A stretch of DNA of 64,000 nt from an uncultured bacterium (GCA_963777505.1 CAVZQN010000003.1:32001-96000), one strand, 5' to 3'. Numbered from the stretch's first letter, positions 10,553-20,935 are shown. The notes: generated from the letters alone by a model not told the origin. Numbers and translations are program-made.

Positions 10553-10609
10553 GAGTGCGACTAGTATCTATGAAAATAGGTGAGCGTGTAACTCCAACTT
10601 AAGTTATAG
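10553..10609 (-). promoter_or_regulatory. Conserved 57-bp upstream element, copy A (palindromic operator plus promoter candidate)
   Basis: Minus strand CTATAACTTAAGTTG-N11-TCACCTATTTTCATAGA-N6-TCGCACTC; identical blocks and spacing at 14596-14652. Confidence 0.75.
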
Positions 10610-10685
10610 TTGCGAAAGCACGGCTAGAACAGCAGAAACAACGCAGAGCAAATCTTTAGTAAGCTCCCTACCTACCGAATCAATA

Positions 10686-11855
10686 TTAGGGGGTCAGTAC
10701 GATTTTGATGCAACCTTCTACACGATCATTAAAAATCTGATAACCTTCGGCTGCATCTTCAAGCTTCATTGGATGCGTGATAATGAAGCTTGGATTGATA
10801 TCGCCTCGGATCACAAGTTCTAAAAGCCTTGCCATATATTTTTGAACATTCGTTTGTCCCATTTTGAAGGTTAGTCCTTTTGCGAACGCAGCTCCAATCG
10901 GAAATTTATCAATCAACCCGCCATACACACCAGGGATTGATACGGTTCCACCTTTTCGGCAAGCCAAAATTGCTTCGCGTAGCGCGTGGGGCCGATCGGT
11001 TTCAAGCCTTACAGCTTGTTTTGCATAATCATAAATGGCGCCAATCGTACGGCCATGAGCTTCCATTCCTACTGCATCAATACACGAATCCGGACCCCTG
11101 CCGCCGGTTCTTACTTTCAGTTCATCAATCACATCGTAATCATCGTAATTGATTACATCAGCACCTACATCCAGAGAAGCCATTTCAAGCCGCTCTGGAA
11201 TTCTATCAATCGCAATGACTTTTTCTGCTCCAAGCAAATACGCACTTTTTATAGCTAGCAGTCCAACAGGACCGCATCCCCATACAGCGATGGTATCTCC
11301 AGGTTGAATATTGCAATTTTCTGCAGCTGCATAACCCGTGGGAAAAATGTCTGACAAAAATAACACTTGCTCATCCGTTAATTCCGGGGGCACCTTGATC
11401 GGACCTACATCGGCCATTGGAACACGCACAAATTCGGCCTGTCCGCCAGAATAGCCGCCATACATGTGTGAATAGCCGAACAACCCTGCACCTGTGTATT
11501 TATAGAGCAACTCCGCCATATATGCGTTTGGATTTGTGTTATCACAAAGAGACCAAAACTCATTCTGGCAGAAGAAACAACTTCCACATCCAATATTAAA
11601 TGGCACTACTACACGGTCGCCGACATTCAGGAAATGATCCTTCGATCCAACTTCTACAACTTCTCCCATGAACTCATGGCCAAGTACATCGCCTTTTTTC
11701 ATGGTCGGAATATATCCGTTGTAAATATGTAAATCTGAACCGCAAATCGCGGTGGATGTAATTCGAATGATTGCATCTCGTGGATTAATAATGTGCGGCT
11801 CCGGCACATTCTCCACACGTACATCATTCTTTCCATACCAGCAAACAGCTTTCAT
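10686..11855 (-). CDS. Zinc-dependent alcohol/formaldehyde dehydrogenase (MDR, YbdR/FDH-like)
   Basis: 'ICGSDLH','GHEFMG', structural-Zn cysteines 'CGSCFFC...C', 'GCGPVG'. Confidence 0.92.
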   Translation of the reverse strand: MKAVCWYGKNDVRVENVPEPHIINPRDAIIRITSTAICGSDLHIYNGYIPTMKKGDVLGHEFMGEVVEVGSKDHFLNVGDRVVVPFNIGCGSCFFCQNEFWSLCDNTNPNAYMAELLYKYTGAGLFGYSHMYGGYSGGQAEFVRVPMADVGPIKVPPELTDEQVLFLSDIFPTGYAAAENCNIQPGDTIAVWGCGPVGLLAIKSAYLLGAEKVIAIDRIPERLEMASLDVGADVINYDDYDVIDELKVRTGGRGPDSCIDAVGMEAHGRTIGAIYDYAKQAVRLETDRPHALREAILACRKGGTVSIPGVYGGLIDKFPIGAAFAKGLTFKMGQTNVQKYMARLLELVIRGDINPSFIITHPMKLEDAAEGYQIFNDRVEGCIKIVLTP

Positions 11856-11875
11856 AAATCCTCCTTGAACAATTC

Positions 11876-12613
11876 TTACGCTGCCGATCTTTTTCTTTTT
11901 CCTCCTTCAGGTTGACCTTCAGTTGTTGGAATTTCACCAGTCTCAATTAATTGTTTGAACCGGCGGAGATCTTCCTGGAGTTGAAATTCAGGTACTTCAC
12001 TTAACATCTTGGACAGAGCTCCTCCAAGTTTTCCTGTTCCAATGGCATAGTTCACTTCAACTTTTACTTCTGTGCCAAATCGGTTTTTGATCGGCTTAAA
12101 AGTGACTGATCCTGCATGATTGATTTCTGATTCCGGTAAAGTTCTCCACGCGATGAGTTCATTAGGGATTTCGTTGTAAATTTCAGCCTTCCATTCAACG
12201 ATTTTTCCTGGGGGAACTTTTGCTTTCCAAAGAGAAACACGATCATCGATCAATTCAACCGAGTCTAAATATTTCATGATTTTTGGCAGATTTCTGAAGT
12301 CACGCCAAAATGCAAATAGTTCCTCCGGCGATTTGTTGATTGTTACCGCTTTCGCAATCTTCTTGCCTTGATTGTGTCCAACAACAGCATTGGGAGGAAG
12401 TTGACGGGTTGTGTTGATTCCTAAGACGTTGTAGAACGCAGAATTTCCACGCAATCCGCGATAAATGAGACCGGCTCCGCTCGCGGCAGCTAGAACTTTC
12501 AGCGCTGTCGGTCGGATCCGGAACGCCCCAAGGAGTAAGAGGGTTCCTCCAAGTACTCCTGAAACACACCGTTCTGCATTTCCTATGTTTTTAGATGGAT
12601 GGTTTGTGTTCAT
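11876..12613 (-). CDS. SRPBCC (cyclase/dehydrase) protein with N-terminal DUF2892-like membrane segment
   Basis: 'KNIGNAER', '[22 protein letters not shown]', '[17 protein letters not shown]'. Confidence 0.88.
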   Translation of the reverse strand: MNTNHPSKNIGNAERCVSGVLGGTLLLLGAFRIRPTALKVLAAASGAGLIYRGLRGNSAFYNVLGINTTRQLPPNAVVGHNQGKKIAKAVTINKSPEELFAFWRDFRNLPKIMKYLDSVELIDDRVSLWKAKVPPGKIVEWKAEIYNEIPNELIAWRTLPESEINHAGSVTFKPIKNRFGTEVKVEVNYAIGTGKLGGALSKMLSEVPEFQLQEDLRRFKQLIETGEIPTTEGQPEGGKRKRSAA

Positions 12614-12735
12614 AAATACCTCTTTGTCTAAAATCTAAACCGATGTTCGGAAGGTTCAAGAAAGATCTTGAGGAAAAACTTGTAGTCTTATTCGCGACAG
12701 AACTTCTTTGATTGCAGGAACGTAAACATTTAGCG

Positions 12736-13518
12736 ATGAAAACACCATGGCGTAAACTGATCTTCTTTTTTGCGCTTGCTTTTTTACTTTCGTGGTATCC
12801 ATGGATTATTGCGTTATTCAGAGGAACAATAACCGGGCCGAATCCGCTTGGACCATTCGTCGCTGCTTTGATCGTGCTTGGAATAACAGAAGGCAGAGGA
12901 GGAATTAAGCAATTACTTGCAAGAATTGTTCGGTGGCGAGTTGGAATTCAATGGTACGCCGTCATTTTTTTATTGCCCGTTGTTATAAGTGGGGTAGCAC
13001 TTTTGACCAATTTAGCTGCCGGAGCTCAGATCAAGTTGGTAAACGAAAATCTGTTTCAGTGGAAAGAAATTCTAAGCAGCTTCATTTTCATTTTTTTGTT
13101 TATCGGGTTAGGTGAGGAGCCTGGTTGGAGAGGATTTGCGCTAGAAAAACTTCAAAAATTATTTTCGCCGCTTCGTTCCACGTTGATCCTGAGTGCCATC
13201 TGGGCAATATGGCATTTGCCTCTGATGGGTTCCGAATTCCCATTGCCTGTAATCCCTGCCTTCCTTATTTCTTTAATGGGTGGGGCACTCGTACAGACTT
13301 GGGTGTATAACCGCACAAATGGAAGTGTCTTGCTTATGATGCTGTTTCATAGCACTCTGAATACAGTTGCAAGTGGAATGGTATTCCAATTATTCCAGGG
13401 GAATGATGTGACTCGCCTTTGGTATCTGTACGCCTTGGCCTGGCTAACAGTTGGTGTTGTCGTTGCCAGAAAAATCACCACAAAGACACAAAGTTTTGTG
13501 CCTTTGTGGTGGAAATAA
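12736..13518 (+). CDS. CPBP (CAAX/Abi) intramembrane glutamic endopeptidase
   Basis: 'EEPGWRG','WAIWHLP','FHSTLN' motifs, multiple TM helices. Confidence 0.9.
   Translation: MKTPWRKLIFFFALAFLLSWYPWIIALFRGTITGPNPLGPFVAALIVLGITEGRGGIKQLLARIVRWRVGIQWYAVIFLLPVVISGVALLTNLAAGAQIKLVNENLFQWKEILSSFIFIFLFIGLGEEPGWRGFALEKLQKLFSPLRSTLILSAIWAIWHLPLMGSEFPLPVIPAFLISLMGGALVQTWVYNRTNGSVLLMMLFHSTLNTVASGMVFQLFQGNDVTRLWYLYALAWLTVGVVVARKITTKTQSFVPLWWK
13476..13511. repeat. CCACAAAG-family inverted repeat overlapping the CPBP 3' end; probable bidirectional terminator
   Basis: caccacaaagacacaaagttttgtgcctttgtggtg. Confidence 0.7.
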
Positions 13519-13523
13519 AAACA

Positions 13524-14522
13524 TTAGTCGTCAACTAACTTTTTGGCTTTAAACAGCCTTTCCTCAAGGTCGATGAAAGACTCTTGTTCTCTGTATTTGT
13601 CCGCTTGAAATATAGCTTCACGATATTCATTCGGCTTGTCATTTCCGTTTTTGTATTGCACCGACATTTGTACCGGTTCGGACCAGGGATTTAACCAGAT
13701 TTCATTCTGCCATGTCCCATTATTCCTGGATAACTCAGGAGGCGGACCACCCTGAATCATTGATTTGTTATTTGGACCCTGGCTATTTGCATGAGTCCCA
13801 TCAACCGTTGTGGTCCAATGGTCGAAACCATTTGGCAGCCTGTTGCAATGCATCGTGACGGAAGAATCTTTGAATGCACCATGTGATTTCAGCGCTGCAA
13901 TTGTTGTTGCAACTTGAGAAGTGCTAACGCCCATTAAGTTGGGATTAGATTGTCCGCCGATCGGCATGCGTTGTGCCATTCGATACATTACTTGCTGCAT
14001 CTGTTGTGCATCTTGCGGACTCAACACGCCTTTCTCAAACCTTTTTAATGCGGCTTGTTCATCGCCTGACATCTTTAATGGAGGTTTTAAAGATCCTGCA
14101 AGATCCTGAACAGCTTGCGCATTTGCCTTTGCTTTTTCAGGCGTCTTGCTTGAAAGGATCAATGCATTTGCAACTGCCGCACCGCCACATAAACTTGGAC
14201 CATTGCCCTGTGCCGTTGAAATTGGGTTGATCTGTGGCGCACTTCGTAAAAGCCCATTCCGCGCTTCCTGACTCGATGTTATGTCTACTGGCTGGTTTTG
14301 GCCGACTTTGGGCGCATCTTTTTCAGCTACTGCAGCGTTCAGACTCACTGCACGCATTTGCCCGGTCAAAGCGGTCTCGGCCTTCATCTTATGTGGATCA
14401 GAAGCATCTTTTTTCGGAAAGACATCTGCCGTTTTCGTTTCAGCCGCCGGAGGCCTTTCCTCCATTGCCGTCGCACTTTGAACGGAACCAGTTGCTTGTC
14501 CTGCACCTACTTTCAGATTCAT
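13524..14522 (-). CDS. Hypothetical protein, putative papain-like cysteine protease effector
   Basis: GGAGG RBS; low-complexity N-terminus without signal peptide; Q97...C112 in 'SLCGGAAVANAL', H235 'DHW', N246 'ANS'. Confidence 0.6.
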   Translation of the reverse strand: MNLKVGAGQATGSVQSATAMEERPPAAETKTADVFPKKDASDPHKMKAETALTGQMRAVSLNAAVAEKDAPKVGQNQPVDITSSQEARNGLLRSAPQINPISTAQGNGPSLCGGAAVANALILSSKTPEKAKANAQAVQDLAGSLKPPLKMSGDEQAALKRFEKGVLSPQDAQQMQQVMYRMAQRMPIGGQSNPNLMGVSTSQVATTIAALKSHGAFKDSSVTMHCNRLPNGFDHWTTTVDGTHANSQGPNNKSMIQGGPPPELSRNNGTWQNEIWLNPWSEPVQMSVQYKNGNDKPNEYREAIFQADKYREQESFIDLEERLFKAKKLVDD

Positions 14523-14595
14523 ATCTCCTCCAAATATTTGCGAACTATGAACAGCAATAAGAGTAAGGTAGGCAGACTCCGGCTGCCTCTACTTG

Positions 14596-14652
14596 GAGTG
14601 CGAATTCTGTCTATGAAAATAGGTGAATGAGTCTCTACAACTTAAGTTATAG
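14596..14652 (-). promoter_or_regulatory. Conserved 57-bp upstream element, copy B
   Basis: Same three blocks and spacing as 10553-10609; palindrome TCTATAACTT|AAGTTGTAGA overlaps the aminotransferase stop codon. Confidence 0.75.
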
Positions 14653-15739
14653 AACTCAAAGCTTGTGAAATTCTCTTCAGCCCTTCAGTAAGGACTTCGT
14701 TTTTGCAGCCGATCCCAATACGGAAGTGATCAGGCTTGTCAAAAAAGGAGCCAGGGACGACCAGAGTATCAAAGTCTTTCAAAAGTGTTTTGCAGAAATT
14801 TTCAGCATTTCCATTTTTCAATTTTGGAAATGCAGTTGTTCCAAACTCTGGCTGAATTACATCAAGAAAACGGGAATTTTCTTCGAAGAATTTATTAAGG
14901 TAGCTCCGATTCGTATCCAACAAAGTTTTAGCGCGATCGGCAACTTGCGAAAGCTTTTGCAGTGCAATAACGCTAAGCCTTTCTGCAGAATGAGCCGGAA
15001 TTACACCAAAAAGATCATTCAACCGCCAGACCTTGCGGATGAATTCAGGTTCCGCAAGAATCCAGCCGCAGCGTAATCCATTCAATCCATATGCTTTGGT
15101 CAAACTGTTTGTGGTGATGAACTCTTCGCCAAGATGAAAAGCAGAAACAGGCAAGCCTGGTTCAGTAAACAAACATTCTTTGTAAACTTCATCTACCAGG
15201 ACTTTTGCGCCAACTTCCTTCGCCAGCAATCCTATTTTCTTTAATGTCTCAGCATCAGAGAGCATGCTGCTTGGGTTATGAAGATCTGTAATAACAATTA
15301 GTCTTGTTTGCCGTGACATGCGTGTCCGAATTTGTTCAGGATCAATTGCAAAACGATTTTCATGCCTTCGTTGAAACCGCTTGATTTTTGCATTCAAGTA
15401 CCGAGCAACTGCTAGGATAGGATCATATGTGGGTTGCTCGATTAAGACTTCATCTCCTGGATTGAGCCATGCGGCCATTGCGAGATGGTTGGCCATTGAT
15501 GTTCCAGTAGCTGCTGCAACGCAAGACGGATCCACAGCACATTTTTCAGCTAATGCCTTGTGCAAGGGCTCATATCCGCCGTAGTTGGATGGACCATTGA
15601 TCTCAATATCTCCTATCGATACATCGAGATCCTTGAGCGGATAAAATTCAACACCACTGCTTGCAAGATTAAATTGGGCGGTTTGTGTTTTCGCCCAGTG
15701 CATATATTTAGAACTTTTATACGTCGCGTTTTCGGCCAT
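14642..15739 (-). CDS. PLP-dependent aminotransferase, class I/II
   Basis: 'HNPSS','VDEVY','NSLTKAYGLNGLRCGW' PLP-lysine motif. Confidence 0.9.
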   Translation of the reverse strand: MAENATYKSSKYMHWAKTQTAQFNLASSGVEFYPLKDLDVSIGDIEINGPSNYGGYEPLHKALAEKCAVDPSCVAAATGTSMANHLAMAAWLNPGDEVLIEQPTYDPILAVARYLNAKIKRFQRRHENRFAIDPEQIRTRMSRQTRLIVITDLHNPSSMLSDAETLKKIGLLAKEVGAKVLVDEVYKECLFTEPGLPVSAFHLGEEFITTNSLTKAYGLNGLRCGWILAEPEFIRKVWRLNDLFGVIPAHSAERLSVIALQKLSQVADRAKTLLDTNRSYLNKFFEENSRFLDVIQPEFGTTAFPKLKNGNAENFCKTLLKDFDTLVVPGSFFDKPDHFRIGIGCKNEVLTEGLKRISQALSSIT

Positions 15740-17063
15740 ATTTTTTCCAGATGAAATAAGCAGGAATACCCGCTGCGAGCAGCCCGATGCCGATCAAACT
15801 GTCTGCCGGGAATTTAATGACTGTAACGACTACAATAATCCATGAGACCGCGATAAAGAAAAGAGTCGTAATCGGATGGAATGGAACTTTGAAAAACATT
15901 TCTGAATTATTCTTTCCGCGTTTCCGAAGTAAGAATATGCAAAGGCCTGTTAGACCAAAGAAAATAAAATCAGTTGAAACAACATAGTTAAGAATCTGCT
16001 CATATTTTCCTGACAGTGCAATCACAATCGCCATGATCCCTTGTAATGCGATCGCGATCATTGGAACGCGCGTTTTTGGATGAACACTGGCGACTTTATC
16101 AAAGAAAACTCCATCTCTCGCCATTGAAAAATAAACACGAGGAGCAGTGAGCATCGATTGGCTTAGAAATCCGAGTGTAGAAATTGCGATTGCTGTTGCG
16201 ATAAATCTTGCGCCGCTACGGCCAAACGCAACTCCCATAACGTCGGAAGCAGGAGTCGTGGTCGATGCTAATCCGAGTGGACCCAGCACACGGACGCAAA
16301 CGAAATTTACTCCAACATAGAGAATAACAACTCCCATCACACCGACGATGAGCGCCATCGGGAGATGTCTGCGTGGATCTTTCATTTCGGCAGCGATGAA
16401 TGTGGATGTCTGCCACCCTCCATATGCGAAGAGTACAGGAATCATTGCTGCACCCATTGCCATTAAAGATGATGAGGCTAAAATTTCTTGTTTGGCTGAA
16501 GATTTGGCATCTGGCAGAAACAATCCACAAAGAATCAAAGCTGCAATGGATCCGACTTTTAGCACCATTAATATGGACTGCAAAGTACTTCCTGCGCGAA
16601 CTCCGAGACAGTTGATTACTGTTAGCGAAAACAAGATGATGACAGCGACAATCCCATCCGAAATACCAAGCGGCACAAATTCAAGAAAATAACGCGAGAA
16701 TGTCAGGCTGACTGCAGCCATTCCGCCGGATTGAATCACAAGAAGCAAAGCCCAGCCATAAAGAAATGCAGGTAAAGGATGAATCGCTTCCCGAATGTAT
16801 GCGTATTGTCCACCAACATTCGGCATCCGCGAAGCAAGTTCTCCATATATAAAGCTTCCGGCAAGTGCGACCAATCCACCCAAACCCCAGACGGCAAGAA
16901 TTAGAAACGGTGTTTGAACATATTTTGCAACAACAGAGGGATTCATGAAAATGCCGGATCCGATGATCCCTCCCATTACAATCATCGTGACGTCAAAAAG
17001 GCCAAGCCGTCGCGCTAATCCGGTATCTTCTGCAGTAGCACTCATCGTTAATGAAGCTTTCAT
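15717..17063 (-). CDS. APC-family amino acid permease
   Basis: 'IIGSGIF','FAYGGW', about 12 TM helices. Confidence 0.92.
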   Translation of the reverse strand: MKASLTMSATAEDTGLARRLGLFDVTMIVMGGIIGSGIFMNPSVVAKYVQTPFLILAVWGLGGLVALAGSFIYGELASRMPNVGGQYAYIREAIHPLPAFLYGWALLLVIQSGGMAAVSLTFSRYFLEFVPLGISDGIVAVIILFSLTVINCLGVRAGSTLQSILMVLKVGSIAALILCGLFLPDAKSSAKQEILASSSLMAMGAAMIPVLFAYGGWQTSTFIAAEMKDPRRHLPMALIVGVMGVVILYVGVNFVCVRVLGPLGLASTTTPASDVMGVAFGRSGARFIATAIAISTLGFLSQSMLTAPRVYFSMARDGVFFDKVASVHPKTRVPMIAIALQGIMAIVIALSGKYEQILNYVVSTDFIFFGLTGLCIFLLRKRGKNNSEMFFKVPFHPITTLFFIAVSWIIVVVTVIKFPADSLIGIGLLAAGIPAYFIWKKYGRKRDV

Positions 17064-17075
17064 AATATCGTAATT

Positions 17076-17152
17076 ACCACGGAGTCACGGAGGGCACGGA
17101 GGTTATTTGTTATTTTGCTAGTCTAACTCCGTGTTCTCCGTGACTCCGTGGT
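17076..17152. repeat. Long inverted repeat of CACGGAG units between divergent permeases
   Basis: accacggagtcacggagggcacggag ... ctccgtgttctccgtgactccgtggt. Confidence 0.85.
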
Positions 17153-17201
17153 TAATCTTAGCCACTAATGTACTTTGATTCTCTGCGGTAGAATCTTTGT
17201 A

Positions 17202-18551
17202 GTGTCGATCGGAACAAATCCTCCAGAAACACTCAAGCGAAAGCTTGGGCTAGCTGCCGTTTCAGCTATTGTGATCGGCGATATGCTGGGATCCGGTATT
17301 TTTTTCTCACCCGGTCAACTTGCCCTGGTGGCACATTCAAATTGGCAAATTTATTTCTTCTGGGCACTCGCAGGAATTATTACATTATGCGGTACATTGA
17401 CGTTGGCAGAAATGACGGCTTTACTGCCGAAAGCAGGATCGAGTTATTACATCATTCGAGAAGGTTTCGGGCCATTTTGGGCATTCTTGAAAATTTGGGT
17501 AGAGATGTTTGTCAGTGGGCCAGGGTCTATTGCAGGAATCGCAGTCCTGTTCGGCGAATTCTTGAAACACTTTGTTGATCTTCCGCCAACCGTTCTTGGT
17601 ATAGCTGCAATCCTTTTTTTTACAATAATCAATTTGTTGGGCGTTCGCTGGGGCGGTCGGACTCAAATAACAATTACGGTTATAAAAGTAATCGCCTTGT
17701 TCGTCTTGATCATCGGAAGCATTTTTATTGCAAAACCTGCGGCGGTTGCTGTTACAAATACCGGAATTGAAGCATCTTTGGAGTCCTTACTTCGATTCAT
17801 CGGGCTTGGGATCGCTGCAGTGTTGTTTACCTATGATGGTTGGACTGATGTCACTCATGTTGCAGGAGAAGTAACCCATCCGGAACGGAATCTCCCGCGC
17901 AGTTTGATTTTTGGAGTTGGTGGAATTATTGGATTGTATATTCTGGTCAATTTTGCATTTCTTCGAGTTGTTCCACTTGAAGCAATGAAAAAAGCTCCGG
18001 ATCAAGTTGCTACGAATGCTGCGACGGCTGCATTTGGTTCAACGGGTGCCGACTTTCTGCAAGCATTGATCACAATTTCTATTCTTGGTGCGATGGGTGG
18101 CCTGATCATGACCATCCCACGTTTGTATTATGGAGCCGCACTTGAATACCGGAACCGCAGCAAATTCTTTGCATCGATGTCACGCGTTTCAATAACGGAA
18201 GTTCCGTATGTTTCAATTATTTTCACAGCGCTGATTTCGATTCTTGCGATATCATTTTTTACTTCGTTTTCAAGGATCGTGAATTTCTTTGTTGTTGCAT
18301 TTCACTCGATTAATATTCTTATGGTCGCATCGATTTTTAAACTTCGAAAAAGAACTAAAGGTGAAGCATATCGAACACCGTTGTTTCCAATTACGCCATT
18401 GATTTATATCGTTGTTATGGCTGGCTTTCTGATTTCAGCAGTTATATACAATCCGATAGACACCCTGATTGGTGTGGCTTTGACAGCCACAGGTGTTCCC
18501 TTTTATTTCTTAATCAACCGCAGAGAGGCAAAGATTAATCGACAAGAATAG
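17202..18551 (+). CDS. APC-family amino acid permease (probable GTG start 7 nt after TAGAAT)
   Basis: 'MLGSGIF','FTYDGW', about 12 TM helices. Confidence 0.9.
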   Translation: MSIGTNPPETLKRKLGLAAVSAIVIGDMLGSGIFFSPGQLALVAHSNWQIYFFWALAGIITLCGTLTLAEMTALLPKAGSSYYIIREGFGPFWAFLKIWVEMFVSGPGSIAGIAVLFGEFLKHFVDLPPTVLGIAAILFFTIINLLGVRWGGRTQITITVIKVIALFVLIIGSIFIAKPAAVAVTNTGIEASLESLLRFIGLGIAAVLFTYDGWTDVTHVAGEVTHPERNLPRSLIFGVGGIIGLYILVNFAFLRVVPLEAMKKAPDQVATNAATAAFGSTGADFLQALITISILGAMGGLIMTIPRLYYGAALEYRNRSKFFASMSRVSITEVPYVSIIFTALISILAISFFTSFSRIVNFFVVAFHSINILMVASIFKLRKRTKGEAYRTPLFPITPLIYIVVMAGFLISAVIYNPIDTLIGVALTATGVPFYFLINRREAKINRQE

Positions 18552-19473
18552 GGCAGGTCATACAGTGAGGACCGCCGTTGCCAGCGAACATTTCATCAGC
18601 AGGGAAGCCGTCGAGTTGCCATCCAAATTCTTTCATCGCTTCTTTTACACGTTTGCCTTTATCAAAACCGACGGCAGTTTTTGAACGCTGTGTTACAACC
18701 ACATTCAAATGCCCTCCCAGGCGTTCTTCATCTGTAATTGGAATGAGTTGAAACCCTCGTTTATCCAAAAATTCTTCAAACATTACGTGTTTGTAGTCCG
18801 TTTTACCTGCTTCATAAAGCCGGCAGGGAAAAACACGAAATGATTCGGAATGAATTAATGCGAGTCGCTCATCGAGCACCATAAAAATTCCATCAATATG
18901 GATGTGGCCAAATGGCAATGGGACTTCGAGGAAATAGCGTACATCCTTTCCAAGAATTAATTCACGCAATGTCCGTGTTCCGCATTCATTTGCGCGATCG
19001 CAAAGTGAAACAACGGCAGTATCTTCGCCGATGATTGTTACTCCACCGCCTTCAAGATAGCCGGGTGATTCAATTGCGCCGATAACAGGAACCCCAATGT
19101 TTCGAAATGCACGGCCAAGCATTTCCTGATCTCCTTTTCTTCCTTTCAGGTGAGGTCCCATTAAGATTGCGCCATTTGAAAATACCGATGCAAGATCGCG
19201 AGTGTAAGTCATATTGGGACGATGCGCGATGTAGTTAAGCGCATCCCGGTCATTCTTCAAGATTTCATGAAGCAGCAAAACTTCTGTCCCATGCTCTTCA
19301 AATAATTTGAGCATGCCTTTGTATTCTGAAATGAATTTTTCGGAATGAACCGGCTTTGTAAAATGAAACTCAAGCAAGTTTTCAGGGGTGACTACTTTTA
19401 ATTCCTGTCCGGGTAAATGCATAATGACTTTTCGCAAAGTTCCATATGCATTCCCAACGCCAAATGTCTTCAT
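18535..19473 (-). CDS. Amidinotransferase/DDAH/arginine-deiminase superfamily (pentein) enzyme
   Basis: 'YTRD','LEGG','HID', C-terminal 'GGPHCMT' catalytic Cys. Confidence 0.88.
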   Translation of the reverse strand: MKTFGVGNAYGTLRKVIMHLPGQELKVVTPENLLEFHFTKPVHSEKFISEYKGMLKLFEEHGTEVLLLHEILKNDRDALNYIAHRPNMTYTRDLASVFSNGAILMGPHLKGRKGDQEMLGRAFRNIGVPVIGAIESPGYLEGGGVTIIGEDTAVVSLCDRANECGTRTLRELILGKDVRYFLEVPLPFGHIHIDGIFMVLDERLALIHSESFRVFPCRLYEAGKTDYKHVMFEEFLDKRGFQLIPITDEERLGGHLNVVVTQRSKTAVGFDKGKRVKEAMKEFGWQLDGFPADEMFAGNGGPHCMTCPILVD

Positions 19474-19516
19474 ATAGGATTACTTTCCTGTACTGATTAT
19501 CTCCAATATCGTAATG

Positions 19517-20935
19517 TTACTTGTGAAGTTCGTCCCAAAGTTTTATGTGTTGCGTATCTTTCAAATAAATTGATCCGATGATCAATGTCATCAGTGCAAT
19601 TGCTATTGGATAAGCGAGACCCGCAAAGATATTTCCAGAAATAGTAACGATGTAGGTAGCAATAAATGGAGTGAGTCCGCCGAACCAGCCATTTCCAAAG
19701 TGATAAGGAATTGACATGGATGTGTAACGGATCCTTGTCGGAAATAGTTCTACAAGATATGCAGCAATCGGACCATACACCATTGTTACGTAAATTACTT
19801 GAATGAAAATAAGCAGCACTAACATGAATCCATTTGGGTTCAAGGCCTCCAGTACTGCTGGAATCGCTTTGCCTGCAGCATCGACAGAAGCTGCTTTGAC
19901 GATTGTCGTATCTCCGGCAAAGTGATGCATGGTTTTGTAAATCGGATAATACGTAAGAGCCGCGATCGCGCAGCCAAACATCATGATTTTTTTTCTGCCA
20001 ATCTTGTCTGATAGTGCCCCGAAAACAATGAAGAATGGCGAGCCAAGAGCAAGCGCAATTGCCACGATGATGTTGGCCGTTACAAAATTAACTTTTAATG
20101 CAGTCTGTAAAAAGAAGAGAGCGTAGAATTGGCCGGTATACCAGACGACAGCCTGTCCCGCAGTTGCGCCAAGTAAAGCCAGGATCATGATTCTCCGATT
20201 TTCAGGATTGCGAAAAGTTTCACCTAGCGGATTCCGCGAAGTTTTGCCTGCGGCTTTCATGCTTGCAAACAACGGCGATTCTTTTAACTTCGTCCGGATG
20301 TAATACGACATTGCAACCAGCAGCACAGAAAGCAAAAATGGAACGCGCCATCCCCATGCTTTGAATTCCGCATCTCCTAGCCACAAACGAGTCACAAGGA
20401 TGACTCCGAGCGATAAAAATAATCCGAGTGTTGCAGTTGTTTGAATATAGCTCGTGTAATATCCGCGTCGATCATCAGGAGAATGTTCGGCAACGTATGT
20501 TGCAGCGCCGCCATATTCACCGCCAAGAGCGAGTCCCTGCAATAATCGAAGCGATACTAATATGATCGGAGCAAAAATGCCGATCTGTCCGTATGTCGGT
20601 AACAATCCGATGGCTGTGGTTGCTCCACCCATGATGAGTAGAGTTAAAAGGAAGGCATACTTGCGTCCGACCATATCACCGATGCGGCCAAAAACAACTG
20701 CACCAAAGGGTCGAACCAGAAATCCTGTTGCAAAAGTTGCCAATAGCACAAGGAATTGAATTGCCGGATCTCCAGGTGGATAAAAAAGCGGCGCAATGAT
20801 CGTTCCAAGACTTCCGAAAATGTAGAAGTCATACCATTCGATCATCGTACCCGCAGAAGATGCAGCTATAACCTGCCAAATCTTGAACTGCTTCACTTCT
20901 TTTGCGGGAGTCTCGGCGTCTTTGTGGTTAATCAA
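19517..20935 (-). CDS. MFS transporter, MHS (metabolite:H+ symporter) family
   Basis: '[10 protein letters not shown]','GDMVGRK','GGEYGGA','ELFPTRIRY'. Confidence 0.92.
   Translation of the reverse strand: MINHKDAETPAKEVKQFKIWQVIAASSAGTMIEWYDFYIFGSLGTIIAPLFYPPGDPAIQFLVLLATFATGFLVRPFGAVVFGRIGDMVGRKYAFLLTLLIMGGATTAIGLLPTYGQIGIFAPIILVSLRLLQGLALGGEYGGAATYVAEHSPDDRRGYYTSYIQTTATLGLFLSLGVILVTRLWLGDAEFKAWGWRVPFLLSVLLVAMSYYIRTKLKESPLFASMKAAGKTSRNPLGETFRNPENRRIMILALLGATAGQAVVWYTGQFYALFFLQTALKVNFVTANIIVAIALALGSPFFIVFGALSDKIGRKKIMMFGCAIAALTYYPIYKTMHHFAGDTTIVKAASVDAAGKAIPAVLEALNPNGFMLVLLIFIQVIYVTMVYGPIAAYLVELFPTRIRYTSMSIPYHFGNGWFGGLTPFIATYIVTISGNIFAGLAYPIAIALMTLIIGSIYLKDTQHIKLWDELHK

Noticed and set aside
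10223-10564. 113-aa plus-strand ORF
   Set aside because: It is the antisense shadow of the minus-strand gene, which has a GGAGG RBS and a paralogous N-terminus.
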